Source of the DNA: Neocallimastix sp. 'constans'
Lineage: Eukaryota
Length of the DNA stretch: 64,000 bases
Reading direction: 5' to 3'
NCBI GenBank assembly: GCA_050613775.1
Contig: JBODTK010000114.1
Location: forward strand, 310,001 to 374,000
This document shows positions 11,746 through 23,377 of this stretch, one piece after another. The notes below the pieces were generated by a model, which searched no databases, was not told the DNA's origin, and saw only the letters and a program-made list of their open reading frames with translations. Positions within the stretch are counted from its first letter, which is position 1, and every line of letters begins with the position of its first letter. The position numbers were made by a program, and so were the translations under genes.

Positions 11746-12201
11746 ATATAAATCTTTTCTATTCAAAAAATTTATGAATATTTAATTATTCTATACATAT
11801 AAAATTTAATGAGTCAAGTTATAACCTTATCAGAATATTATATTTATTACAATATTATAAATCTACTATAAAAATGTAAATGAATTGTTCATATATACCC
11901 ATAATAATTATAATAAAATTTTTAATAAAATACTTTTTATATTATTTTTATTGCTATTATTATTTTTTTTACAAATAAAATAAAATAAATAGTGAAGTAG
12001 TATAAATGTGTAAAGTTTTAATAGAATAAAATAAAATAAATAATGAAGTAGTATATAAGAGTGAAGTCTTAATAAAATAAAATAATTAGTGAAGTAGTAT
12101 ATAAGAATAAAGTGTTAATAAAATAAACAGTAAAGTTAGTTATAGTAGTAAAGTATTAATAAAATAAACAGTAAAGTTAGTTATAGTAGTAAAGTATTAA
12201 T

Positions 12202-12890
12202 AAAATAAAATAAATAGTTGAAATATAAATATAAAGTACAGATTGAATAAAATAAAATAAATAGTTGAAATATAAATATAAAGTACAGATTGAATAAAAT
12301 AAAATAAATAGTTGAAATATAAATATAAAGTACAGATTGAATAAAATAAAATAAATAGTTGAAATATAAATATAAAGTACAGATTGAATAAAATAAAATA
12401 AATAGTTGAAATATAAATATAAAGTACAGATTGAATAAAATAAAATAAATAGTTGAAATATAAATATAAAGTACAGATTGAATAAAATAAAATAAATAGT
12501 TGAAATATAAATATAAAGTACAGATTGAATAAAATAAAATAAATAGTTGAAATATAAATATAAAGTACAGATTGAATAAAATAAAATAAAATAAATAGTT
12601 GAAATATAAATATAAAGTACAGATTGAATAAAATAAAATAAAATAAATAGTTGAAATATAAATATAAAGTACAGATTGAATAAAATAAAATAAAATAAAA
12701 TAAAATGAATAGTTGAAATATGAATATAATGTACAGATTGAATAAAATTAAATAAAATAAAATAAATAGTTGAAATATAAATATAAAGTACAGATTGAAC
12801 AAAATAAAATAAAATAAAATAAAATAAAATAAAATAAATAGTTGAAATAATTATATAAAGTACAGATTGAATAAAATAAAATAAAATAAA
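12202..12890. repeat. 47-bp minisatellite, 13 copies
   Basis: Unit TAAATAGTTGAAATATAAATATAAAGTACAGATTGAATAAAATAAAA. Later copies carry extra TAAAA units. Preceded by a 41-bp tandem duplication at about 12130-12210. Confidence 0.95.
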
Positions 12891-13092
12891 AAACATTGTA
12901 TATAATATATTAAAATTATAGTCTTTACAATTAGTTACAGAAAGTACTATTTAAAATTGTAAAATCATATAAAATTATCTAATAATAGTAATAAATTACA
13001 TATATATATTATTATATATATTAACATCAATATTTTAATATGATGATTATTCTTAACATATTTATACTTAATATTATTAAAAATATTACTAT

Positions 13093-13302
13093 AATAATTT
13101 TGTTATTTATGAAAAAAAAATTATCAATATAGTAAAGTATATTTAAAAGTTCAGATATTTTATTTTTTTTTTTATTGAAAAAATAAAATAAAGAGTTTAA
13201 TATATATATTCTTTTGTTTTATTTAATAAAATATTAAAAAATAATAATAATAAAATTAATATAAGACATTATAAAAAATCAATTATATAAATATAACTTT
13301 AT

Positions 13303-13349
<47 letters not shown>

Positions 13350-13720
13350 TAAATAGATAAATAATTAATTAATTATTTACTTCTATTATATATAACTAGA
13401 TTTAATAATTTTGTTATTTATGAAAAAAAAAATACTATCAATATAATAAAGTGTATTTAAAATTTCAGATATTTTATTTTTTTTCTTCTCTTATTGAAAA
13501 ATAAAATATATTTTATTGAAAAAATAAAATAAAGAGTTTAATATATATATATATATATATTTATATATTTTCTTTTGTTTTATTTAATAAAATATTAAAA
13601 AAATAAAAAGATAATAATAAAATTATTAAAATATATAATATAAAAAATAAAATAAATATAACTTTATGTTTTTTTTTTAATATTAAATAAATAAATATTT
13701 AATTAATTACTTCTACTATA
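13093..13720. repeat. About 310-bp diverged tandem duplication downstream of the solute-binding-protein gene
   Basis: 13093-13390 and 13404-13720 share colinear blocks: AATAATTTTGTTATTT...TTCAGATATTTT...AAAGAGTTTAATATA...ATAACTTTATGTTTT...TTACTTCTA. Confidence 0.8.
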
Positions 13721-13721
13721 A

Positions 13722-15800
13722 TTAGATTAAGATAAATGTTGAAAAGATGCTGAATAAAAAAATAATTATAAATAGTCTATAGAATGTTTTTTTTGAATTA
13801 GCTGAGTTTGAATATTCTGATGTTATTTTATCAGCTTCTTTTAGTACATTTGATAATGATATACTACTGTCATAGAGATATTTATAGATTTTATTTCTAA
13901 ATTTACTGGACCATGTTCCGTAATCGGCACTATATGGTCTTTGTACTAATTGTAATCTTTTATACAATGAACAATCTATAACTTCACAAACTTTTTCATC
14001 GTCATAAAAACTAGTAATTGGAGAATATTGTTTGGATTCTAACATAAAACTTTTCTGTATTTCTTTTGTCGTTAAAAATTTAAATGCAATAATAGCTGCA
14101 TTTCTTTTTTCTTCACAAATATATTTGTTGATACTTAAATTATATCCTCCAAGTACTGAACCTGATATTCCATTTTTACTACCTGGAAGAATATCTTTTT
14201 TATAATCCTCATATAATACTGGGGTATACCAATTTTTTCCAAATAATATATATTTTTTTCCAATATTTCTAAAGGTGAATGCATTATTTGATTTAAATAT
14301 TTCATCTATTTTTTTATATTAATAAATGATAATAATAATTAACCATCAATTATTATATATTAATATCATTCTTTTACTATTAATTATATTAATTTTATTG
14401 CTTTTGCTATTATTTACATTATTATTACTTATTTTATTATTATTTATATTATTATAATTATTATTAGTTATATTATTATTATTTTTTTTTTAATTTTTAT
14501 TATTTTTAGTTTATTTATATACTAATAATAATAATAATAACAATTTTTTTTATTGTCTATTAAAAAAAATTGGAGTAGAAATAATAATACTATTAATAAT
14601 TTTCCTTCTTACTTGATGATAATTCCTCTTTTATTTGTTTTAACTTTGTTAAAGCATTTTTCGTATTTTGACTTTGTAAATCTGGGAATGATGAGTTTAT
14701 AGTATCTCTATAAATGTATAAATAAATTCGTAAAGAGAGCATGTTCCAGTTTCCGAATCTATTTATATATATATATATATATATTTATTTATTTATTTAG
14801 TTATTTTTATTTTTTTAATATTAATAAATTTTTATATTTTTGTAATTTTATAAAATTTAATAAATTATTGTTAATTATATTTATGAATATGTTACAGTTG
14901 TGTAATATTTTAAATTTATTATTATTATTTTTTTTTTGATATTTATATTATATTTACCACTCATCATTCCATTATATCCTATTAGTAAAGTATTATTAGC
15001 TTCTTTTTCTTTTTGTACAATATATCTTGCTGTTTCTATTAATTCATCCCATGTTCTTGGATAATTTTTATTATATTTTTGTAATAATTTTTCATTGTAA
15101 TAAAGTACAGTAAAATCTATGGTGATTGGCTATTTAGTCATTTTTTATTTCAAAAAAAAAAAAAAAAAAAAAGGAAATAATAAAAATAATTAGTTTGATA
15201 TTTTAATTTATTATTTTTTTCTTTTTCAAAATGATTTTAATAGATTTATATAATATAAATATTTATTATATATAGAAGAAAAATGCAATTACAAGTCCAA
15301 TTAAATGGTTATCATAATAGCACGTCTGTAATGCTATACCATCTTTATAATTATTAATATGTTCTATAGGTATATAATCTTCTAAATTTAAAAAGTAACG
15401 TCCCAATGTAGTTGTATATGTATTATCGAAATATAATAAATCATATTTTTTTGATTTTTTTAATAAAAGAGACTCAATTGCTAACTCATAGTCAGTAAGT
15501 GTAGAGTTTTCTTTTGATATAAGATTCAATGATAAAGTAATATTTAAATTATTTTCAACGGAGTATTCATTAAATTTATTAATAAGTAATTTGTATGAAA
15601 AATCTTCATCAGTTTTAGAATTTGCTAAAACACAAATATCTATTGCTTTTCCTATATCTATAAAATTTTAAAAATATTAATTTATTAAATATTTTTTTAT
15701 ATTATATACATATGTGGATGTTACTATATTAATTTTTAATGATATTACAAACTATTGACAGAAGATAAATAAAGAATAATAGAGTTCTTATTATTATCAT
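13722..15800 (-). CDS. Secreted or membrane-anchored periplasmic-binding-protein-like (bacterial solute/sugar-binding fold) protein, 5 exons
   Basis: Exons 15800-15749, 15657-15293, 15129-14958, 14758-14613 and 14305-13722 join in frame via GT-AG. Signal peptide MIIIRTLLFFIYLLSIV; KYDLLYFD, LIGLPITIDFTVLYYNEKLLQKYNKIIPRTWDELIETA and ISGSVLGGYNLSINKY resemble family-1 solute-binding domains. Ends in a hydrophobic tail. Confidence 0.85.
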
Positions 15801-15979
15801 GTTAATATTTAAAAAAATATGATGAATGTTTTGAATATTTTATTATTATTATATAAGAATTTATTTTGTAATAATAATATTTTGGTTTAAAGTAATTGCT
15901 TTTTTACTTGAAGAAAAATAACATAAATATTGTAAAATTTTCATTTTTCTTTATCTTTACAATTCCGACCTACTTTCTA

Positions 15980-16141
15980 ATTAATTTCATTTATAAAATA
16001 ATGAGTTTTCTAATTTACATATACAAAAATTTTATAAATGAAATTAATATGTTTGGTACTACAGTGTAAAATTATAAAATAATGAGTTTTCTAATTTACA
16101 TATACAAAAATTTTATAATTTTACACTATAGTACCAAACAT
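15980..16141. repeat. Two adjacent hairpins with identical 29-nt loops
   Basis: Arms 15980-15999/16029-16048 (perfect, 20 bp) and 16049-16080/16110-16141 (31/32). Both enclose AATGAGTTTTCTAATTTACATATACAAAA. Confidence 0.9.
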
Positions 16142-16466
16142 TAATAATTAATGAGTTAATATTTATTTATTTTAATTTATATTGCTAAACTGTTTTAATT
16201 AATAATCTTTATATTTAACCATATATTATATATATATAAATAGGAAAAATTTTAATTTTTTATAATTAATAATAAATAATTTTCATATCCAATTTAATAA
16301 TTTGATAAAACTAATAATTTATTATTCATAATATATATATATTTAAGTTTTTATATATTAATTTAATTTAATTTATTTTATCTTTTTTTTTTTTTATAGA
16401 TTTATTTTAAATCTGTTATTTAGATCTTACAGTTTTAAAAATATAATACTGGTATTTAATTTTTTT

Positions 16467-16502
<36 letters not shown>

Positions 16503-17303
16503 TACTGTTATTAAATTAAATTTATGTAAATTATTTAATTTACAGTTTCTTTAATATATATATTTTTCTAACTTTTTATTTATTATAAATGAATAAAAAA
16601 AAAAAAAAAAATCAGAATTAAAAATTGTTTTAATTATTTAAAATATAATAAATTAAAATAACTATATATTTATGTTAATAAAAGAATTTTTATTTTTTAA
16701 TTTTTAATTAAAACTTTAAATTTTTAATATAAATTAATTAAAAAATTTTTTTAATATATTATATTTTTCATATAAAAAATATATAAATAAATGTTATTTA
16801 TAAAAAAAATGTTATTTATAATTTATAATTCCGACTTAGTTTTTTGTAATCCCATGTATATTTTGGAATTTAAATATAAATATATAACTATATAATATAG
16901 ATATTAAAAAAAAGGGGGAAAATACAACATTAATTATTAATTTATAATTATTGTTTTTGAAAAGTATTTAATTATTAAAAATTAGTAATTAATTAAAAAC
17001 CTTCTTTAAAAATAATTTTTTATCAAGAATTTTCATTTATTAACTTGATTATTATTATTATTTTTTTCTTATAAATTTATTTATTTTTTTTCTTTTTTTA
17101 TTTTTTTAATATTATGATATTTTTTATATTGATAATTATGATCTATATTATTATAAGATTTTTAAAAAATCAATTATTATAAGAATAATAATATTCAAAA
17201 TTATAATACAAAAATTCTTTGAACTTTAACATTTTATGATTTAATAATTATATAATACTACTACTACTACTACTACTAATAATAATAATAATAATAATAA
17301 TAA

Positions 17304-17343
<40 letters not shown>

Positions 17344-17748
17344 TAATTTTAATAAGAAGAATTTTTTCTTTGCTTACATTTTATTGTGAAAGTTTATCAT
17401 ATATATATATATATATTTAGAAAAATTCTCGCTTTTCTAAATTAATTCATTTCTTTTTTCTTTCTTAATTCTCTTTTTTTTATTGAAAAAAATTTTTTAT
17501 TATACAAAAATATTTTTTATATATTTAATAAAAATAAAAATAAAAATATTAATTATTATATTCTAATATTATTTATGATTTATAATTATTTTTATGGTTT
17601 CATCATTTTATTAAAAAAATATTAGTTTGCTAGATGTGTCTTATGTATATTTTTTTCCCTCTTTTTTCTCTTTGTTTTATTTTAGCTCTCTCTTGTTATT
17701 ATTCAGCCTTTTATTTTATTTGTTTGGTTTAATATTTTCATTTTCTTT

Positions 17749-17785
<37 letters not shown>

Positions 17786-17849
17786 AAATTATATCTAATA
17801 GTAATCCTATTTATTTGATTTTTTCTGATCGTTAAATTTTCTTACTTAT

Positions 17850-18910
17850 GATTAATAGTTTCATCATTGATATTAATAATACTTTCAAAATAATTTTATT
17901 TTGCAATGAGATGTAACCATATTATTATAAAGTATAAAATAATTTATTATAAATTTTTATTTATTCTTAAAAAAATTTTTATTCAAAAAAAAAAAAAAAA
18001 AAATTAAATTAATAAATATATATATATAGTCCTTTTGTTAATTATAATCATTTAAATAGCGAACAATTTGTAACACCACAAACTTTCTTCATTGTTAAAT
18101 AAATGAAAGATTGAAGGAAATACAGTTAAATTTCTAATATAAAATTTTTTTGTTTTTCTTTGGAAATTAAGAAATCAAATTCTGTAATAGTTAACATTTT
18201 TATTTTCATCAATAAATTAATACTTATATTTTATCTTCCAATTATGGAAATTAACATTCCATTTTTACTACCTAGATGAATTTCAGTATCCTAATTCCCA
18301 TGTATAATTGATAAATGCTAATGCTTTATTAATTTTTATCATATGATAGTAATTTTTTTATAAGAAAATTAATTTTTTTTAATAATAATTATTGAAATAG
18401 TTCATGTATAATTACTTTTCATAAAAATATTATAATATTTATATAAAATCAATTTACTTTTATTATATATATATAATTCAAATATAACACACACAATTTA
18501 CAATTTATTATATTTTATCGAAATATTTAATTATTCAATTTCTTTATTTAGATAATAATTTAAAATAATGATTATAATAAGTTAATAAATTATATCGAAA
18601 ATTTTTTATTATATTTATAATAATTTATTATGAATAAATACTTTAAATAATTTAGTTTAGTCTAATTAAAAAACGAACAGATAATACATATGATAATATA
18701 CTAAAGTATAAGAAAATAATTAATATTTTTTTATTTTTCTATATTTAAAATTGTAATACTAAAATCATCACTATATCATTTCTTTAATACGTATAGTTTG
18801 GATCAGTTTCGATGTTATAATATAATTAATATAATTTATATTGTAATAGATATAAACTCTATTACATCAAAACATTAAATTCGTAATTTTTTGTATCAAA
18901 TTCTAAAAAT
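17850..18910 (-). pseudogene. Decayed paralog of the solute-binding-protein gene
   Basis: The minus strand near 18030-18090 reads KKVCGVTNCSLFK*L*, matching EKVCEVIDCSLYKRLQ in the intact gene. ATTCCATTTTTACTACCT (about 18255-18273) is identical to the intact gene at about 14169-14186. Stops and frameshifts are present; outer limits are approximate. Confidence 0.75.
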
Positions 18911-18990
18911 TTATCATAAATCTTAATTTAAATAAATGGTATATAAAGCACTTTTTAATTTATTATTTTTTTTAATTAAAGTTTCTTTTC

Positions 18991-20130
18991 TTAAGCCCAA
19001 ATACCAATAATGGCCATAGCAGCTATACCACAATAGAAAGAAATTAATTGAGCATTCTTTCTCATAATAGATCCTTTCTTGAATAAATTAGAATTACAAT
19101 GTCTAGAAAGAATATTAACAAGATCATCATAAATAAGAATACCTCCTGCAACTGCATCAATAATACCTTGAGTAGTTAAATAAACTTTATCAGTGGATTC
19201 AATGGCATTACGAATAAGAATTCCAATAACTCCTCCAATTGGTAAAGTTAAGGAATAAACAACAATCATAATAATAATAGCTGTAAAACGTTTGAAATGA
19301 GCTTCAATGAAAACAGATGAAAGAGAAACTCCTTCAAAGAATTGATGGAAAATTAAGGCTATCATTAAAACAATAAGTTCTTCATCATTGGTCATTCCAA
19401 AAGCAATACCAATTAAAATGGAATGAAGAGAAATACCAATTTCTAATAAATAACAAATAATTTGTTTTTCTTTATTTTCCATCATATGTAAAATACCATG
19501 TTGTTCTTCAGCACATCCATCAACAGCAGAAACTACTTCCTTTTTATTATTCATTGTATGATATTTCTTTTCTTCAGCATTACTCTCATTAGAATCAACA
19601 GAGATAGAAACTGAACTTTCTGATGATTTCTTACTAAGATCATGATCATTATTCTTGTAAAGGAAATGACTAGTATAAACTTGAATAACATGAGTAAGAA
19701 TAATACCAAGAATAGCAAATACACCAGCAAATGAAGTATATTTTTCATAGAAAATTTCATAAGTATATTCACTAGTTAAAATTTGACCAGCTGGAATAAT
19801 CATATGGATGAAAGCAACAGCTAAAATAACACCAGTACCGAAAAGTTTAATACAGCTAAAAAGAAGAGTATCTTCTCTGAAAAATGACTTTTTTCTAAAG
19901 ATAATTGGAAGAACAGTACCAAGGAATGAACATAATAAAATAGCAGCAATACCAATAATAGTTATACCAACTGGATAAGTTTTTCCTTCATGTTCATGTT
20001 CATGATGGTGTACTTCACCTTCATGTTCATGTTCTTCACCTTCTTCATCATCATCATGATGATGAATTCCATGAGTCCAAATTAATTTGGTAAACATAAG
20101 AACATACAAAAGTAATTGATAGTACTTCAT
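18991..20130 (-). CDS. ZIP family zinc transporter, copy 4, intronless
   Basis: 379-aa ORF. Middle and C-terminus are nearly identical to copy 1; the N-terminal part is divergent. Confidence 0.95.
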   Translation of the reverse strand: MKYYQLLLYVLMFTKLIWTHGIHHHDDDEEGEEHEHEGEVHHHEHEHEGKTYPVGITIIGIAAILLCSFLGTVLPIIFRKKSFFREDTLLFSCIKLFGTGVILAVAFIHMIIPAGQILTSEYTYEIFYEKYTSFAGVFAILGIILTHVIQVYTSHFLYKNNDHDLSKKSSESSVSISVDSNESNAEEKKYHTMNNKKEVVSAVDGCAEEQHGILHMMENKEKQIICYLLEIGISLHSILIGIAFGMTNDEELIVLMIALIFHQFFEGVSLSSVFIEAHFKRFTAIIIMIVVYSLTLPIGGVIGILIRNAIESTDKVYLTTQGIIDAVAGGILIYDDLVNILSRHCNSNLFKKGSIMRKNAQLISFYCGIAAMAIIGIWA

Positions 20131-20462
20131 TATTAATTATTTAAATATTAAATTGAACTAAACTAAATTATTATCTTTCACTTAAGAAAAATTATTTAAT
20201 TAATTTGAATATAATTTTTCTTAAAAATACTATTTTATAATTTTTATAAAACTTTAAAAAAAATTTATTATTAATAAATGTAAAGTTCAAAAAAAAAAAA
20301 AAAAAAAGAAAAATATTTTATTTATATAAAAATAATATACTTATAATTAAAAATTATATAAAAAAAATAAATTAAAAAAATCTTTTTTTTTTTTTGATTG
20401 TTAAACTATTTGTAAAATGTAAAAATTCGTCATTTATGTTACACGATTCGTAATCAAAGTTT

Positions 20463-20481
20463 AAAAACTTTAAATTCGTAA
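20463..20481 (-). promoter_or_regulatory. Recurring ZIP-upstream motif
   Basis: Reverse complement TTACGAATTTAAAGTTTTT, about 330 bp upstream of the copy 4 ATG. Further TTCGTA/TTCGTC partial sites lie at about 20425-20453. Confidence 0.55.
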
Positions 20482-23377
20482 TAATTAATATATTTTAAAT
20501 TTTCCAATTGGCTTCATTAACAATATAATAATAATATATATAATAATACATGAATATATTAGATAATAAATTCTCATAATTTTAATTATAAATTTTTTTA
20601 TTTATTATTTACTACTAAATATATTTCTTATATATTAAGTTAAATTGAAAACATTTAATTAAAAATAAAAAATTTTAATTTAATTAAATGGTTTTTTCAA
20701 TGGAAAGAATAAAAACCAAAAATTTAAAAAAAATAATAAAATAAAAAAAAAAAATATAAAGAAGAAAACGTTTCTTTGACATAGAAAGTAGTAAATAATA
20801 TACTTATTTATTCAATACTTATCATATTATTATCATATTTGATTTATATGTATATATAAATAGTCATTTATTTTAAGTATTCATATATTTTTTATGTAAA
20901 TTAAAGATTTAAAATTAAAAATAAAAGTTTTATGTAAATTAAAGATTTAAAATTAAAAATAAAAAAAGTGAATATAATTAAATATTGTAATTCAATGAAG
21001 TATATATATATATATATATATTTTATAATTAGTATATATATTATTTTATATATTATATATTTAATATTTTTATGTATATATATAATATTATAAAATTAAT
21101 ATGTCTGACTCTATAATATATTTTACTAAAAAAAAAAAAAAAGTAGATTATTGAATCTTTGGATAAAAAAATTAAAAATTGGATTTTGAAAATAAATATT
21201 GATAATTAAATTAATAATATATAAATATTATGTATTTTTAATATTAAATAATATAAATATTATTAAATTTTATTATTACTATTATTTAATTTTTTATATA
21301 ATATTAATTCAAAATCAATTTTAGTTATTTAAGTAATATCTATACAAGTTTTTTTTTATTTTTATTATAAATTTAATATTTTATATAATATTAATAAATT
21401 CAAAATCAATTTGAATTACTTTAAGATTATCAATTAGATAAAAACAAGTATAACAATAAAAGTAATAATAATATAAATAAAAAAGTCAAACCAAAATAAA
21501 AATTAAAAAAAAAAAAAAAAAAAAAATACAAAATATTGAATTTTGGTGATATTCAATAAATAATAAAATTAGCTAGTATTCACATAGAATGTTACATTTA
21601 TTATTTATTATATTTATTAAAACTTTATTCTCTCTTATTTTATCACCATGGTAATAACATATATTCATAATTAATTTTTTCATAAATTCATTTCATCTTC
21701 TATGATATTTTACCATTATGTCATTTATTATAGTATACAATTTGTAAATATATATATATATAAATATTTTTTAAAATAAAAATGAATAAATATTACATTA
21801 ACAGTATATATTATAAAATTCTTTAAATTTGAATATATATTTTAATATAAATTTGAATTTAAACATAAATATATATTTAAATATATAAATATATATTTTA
21901 AAGAATAATTATCACTATTAACTTATCCAAATGATCAATCATTAAGATTACTTCACATTTATATTAATTAGATCCTATTTAAAAATATAAATTGAATATT
22001 ATTTTAAATCTATTTTAATATTGTAAATATATATAGACCTTTATATATTATTATATATTATTATTATAAAAAAATTCTTAATGTTAATTCTTAATTATAT
22101 TTATTTAACTTAAATTCAATAATCCATATATAAAATATGCAAAAAGTGAAATATATGTATAATACATATATATCAAAATGAGTCATTTACGTATTCATAA
22201 ACTTTTATATTTTAGTATTAATAAATTTATTTTATTATGGTTAATTTTATTTTATAATATTACATTATGTATTCTATAAATTTATGTCCTAGAAATATGG
22301 TTTCGCTACATTAATATAATTTATGTAAAATGTGTATGAATAATTTTATATAATTGTAATATGATATAGAATATTATCATTCTAAATATCATTTAGAAAT
22401 AAATTAAAATTCAAAATAAAATATCGTATGTAACGAAACACTTAATTGGTACAAGACTTGAAGATTTTAATCATAATATTGTTAAAAAAAAATGACTTAC
22501 CATGTTTTGTCCTGTAATGTTCGTCAATGACTCAATTGTCAAAAGATAATATTATTATCAAGTGAATGGATTGGAATAACTTATATAAATCGCTATAAAC
22601 AGCTAAACATTTCAATAAAGATTACTAGATAATCACAACTTATAACAATGATCTTAATTATAAAAAGTTAGAAAAAAAAATTTAAAAATTTATCTTAAAA
22701 AATTTTAACCTTTTAAAAAAAATTCATTTAATAAAAAAAAAAAAAAAAGTAATCAAACTAATGATTATTATTTATTGTTTAAAATTTTATTGTTTTTGTT
22801 TATTTACCAACTCTATTTAAAAAAAAAAAAAAATTAATGATACTTATTAATATAAAATATATTTAATTGACCATATATGTTTCAATACATTAAATATAAT
22901 TTATCATATGTAAAAGAGGCTTATAGAATATAAAAAAAAATTTTAAAACTGAATTATTTGTACCATAAACTATATAAACTCTATATTATTATTATGCATC
23001 ATATTTATTTGTAATATACTATTTAATATTTAAAATTATAATAAAAGATGTAAAATAAAGTTAGTTGAATTGTAAACTAAAAATATTAATTTTTTAACAT
23101 TTTTTATTGTGTATGAAACACAAAAAAAAATGTTTTATCAGAATATATTTTTAACAATTATCTTAAAGAAACTTTTTATTTTATTTTATTTTATTAGAAT
23201 TATAATTAATTAAAATTACATTCAGATAATTTAAGTTATATTAGGTTATATTGGTTTATATTGAGTTATATTGGATTAATAATCTTACAAATATTTTATT
23301 ATTAGAAATTTTTAAAAATTATTTATATTTTAATAATTTAAATATTGTTTATAATTAATTTTTTGAATAAATATTCT

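Noticed and set aside
12202..12890. CRISPR-like array
   Set aside because: The intervals between repeats are only variable TAAAA runs, not unique spacers. The context is eukaryotic and there are no cas genes. ORFs 12177-12896 and 12197-12802 are repeat artefacts.
18868..18890. Additional copy of the ZIP-upstream motif (reverse complement TTACGAATTTAATGTTTT)
   Set aside because: It lies downstream of ZIP copy 4, has a core mismatch, and overlaps what may be the KYDL-coding part of the binding-protein pseudogene. Ambiguous.
1151..19772. Short MNILMKF-type ORFs (1151-1372, 4900-5208, 7456-7680, 19551-19772)
   Set aside because: These are alternative frames inside the ZIP coding regions, conserved only because the ZIP DNA is.
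22430..22660. Slightly GC-richer patch (similar one at 9500-9700)
   Set aside because: No ORF, structure or recognisable homology that I can support.
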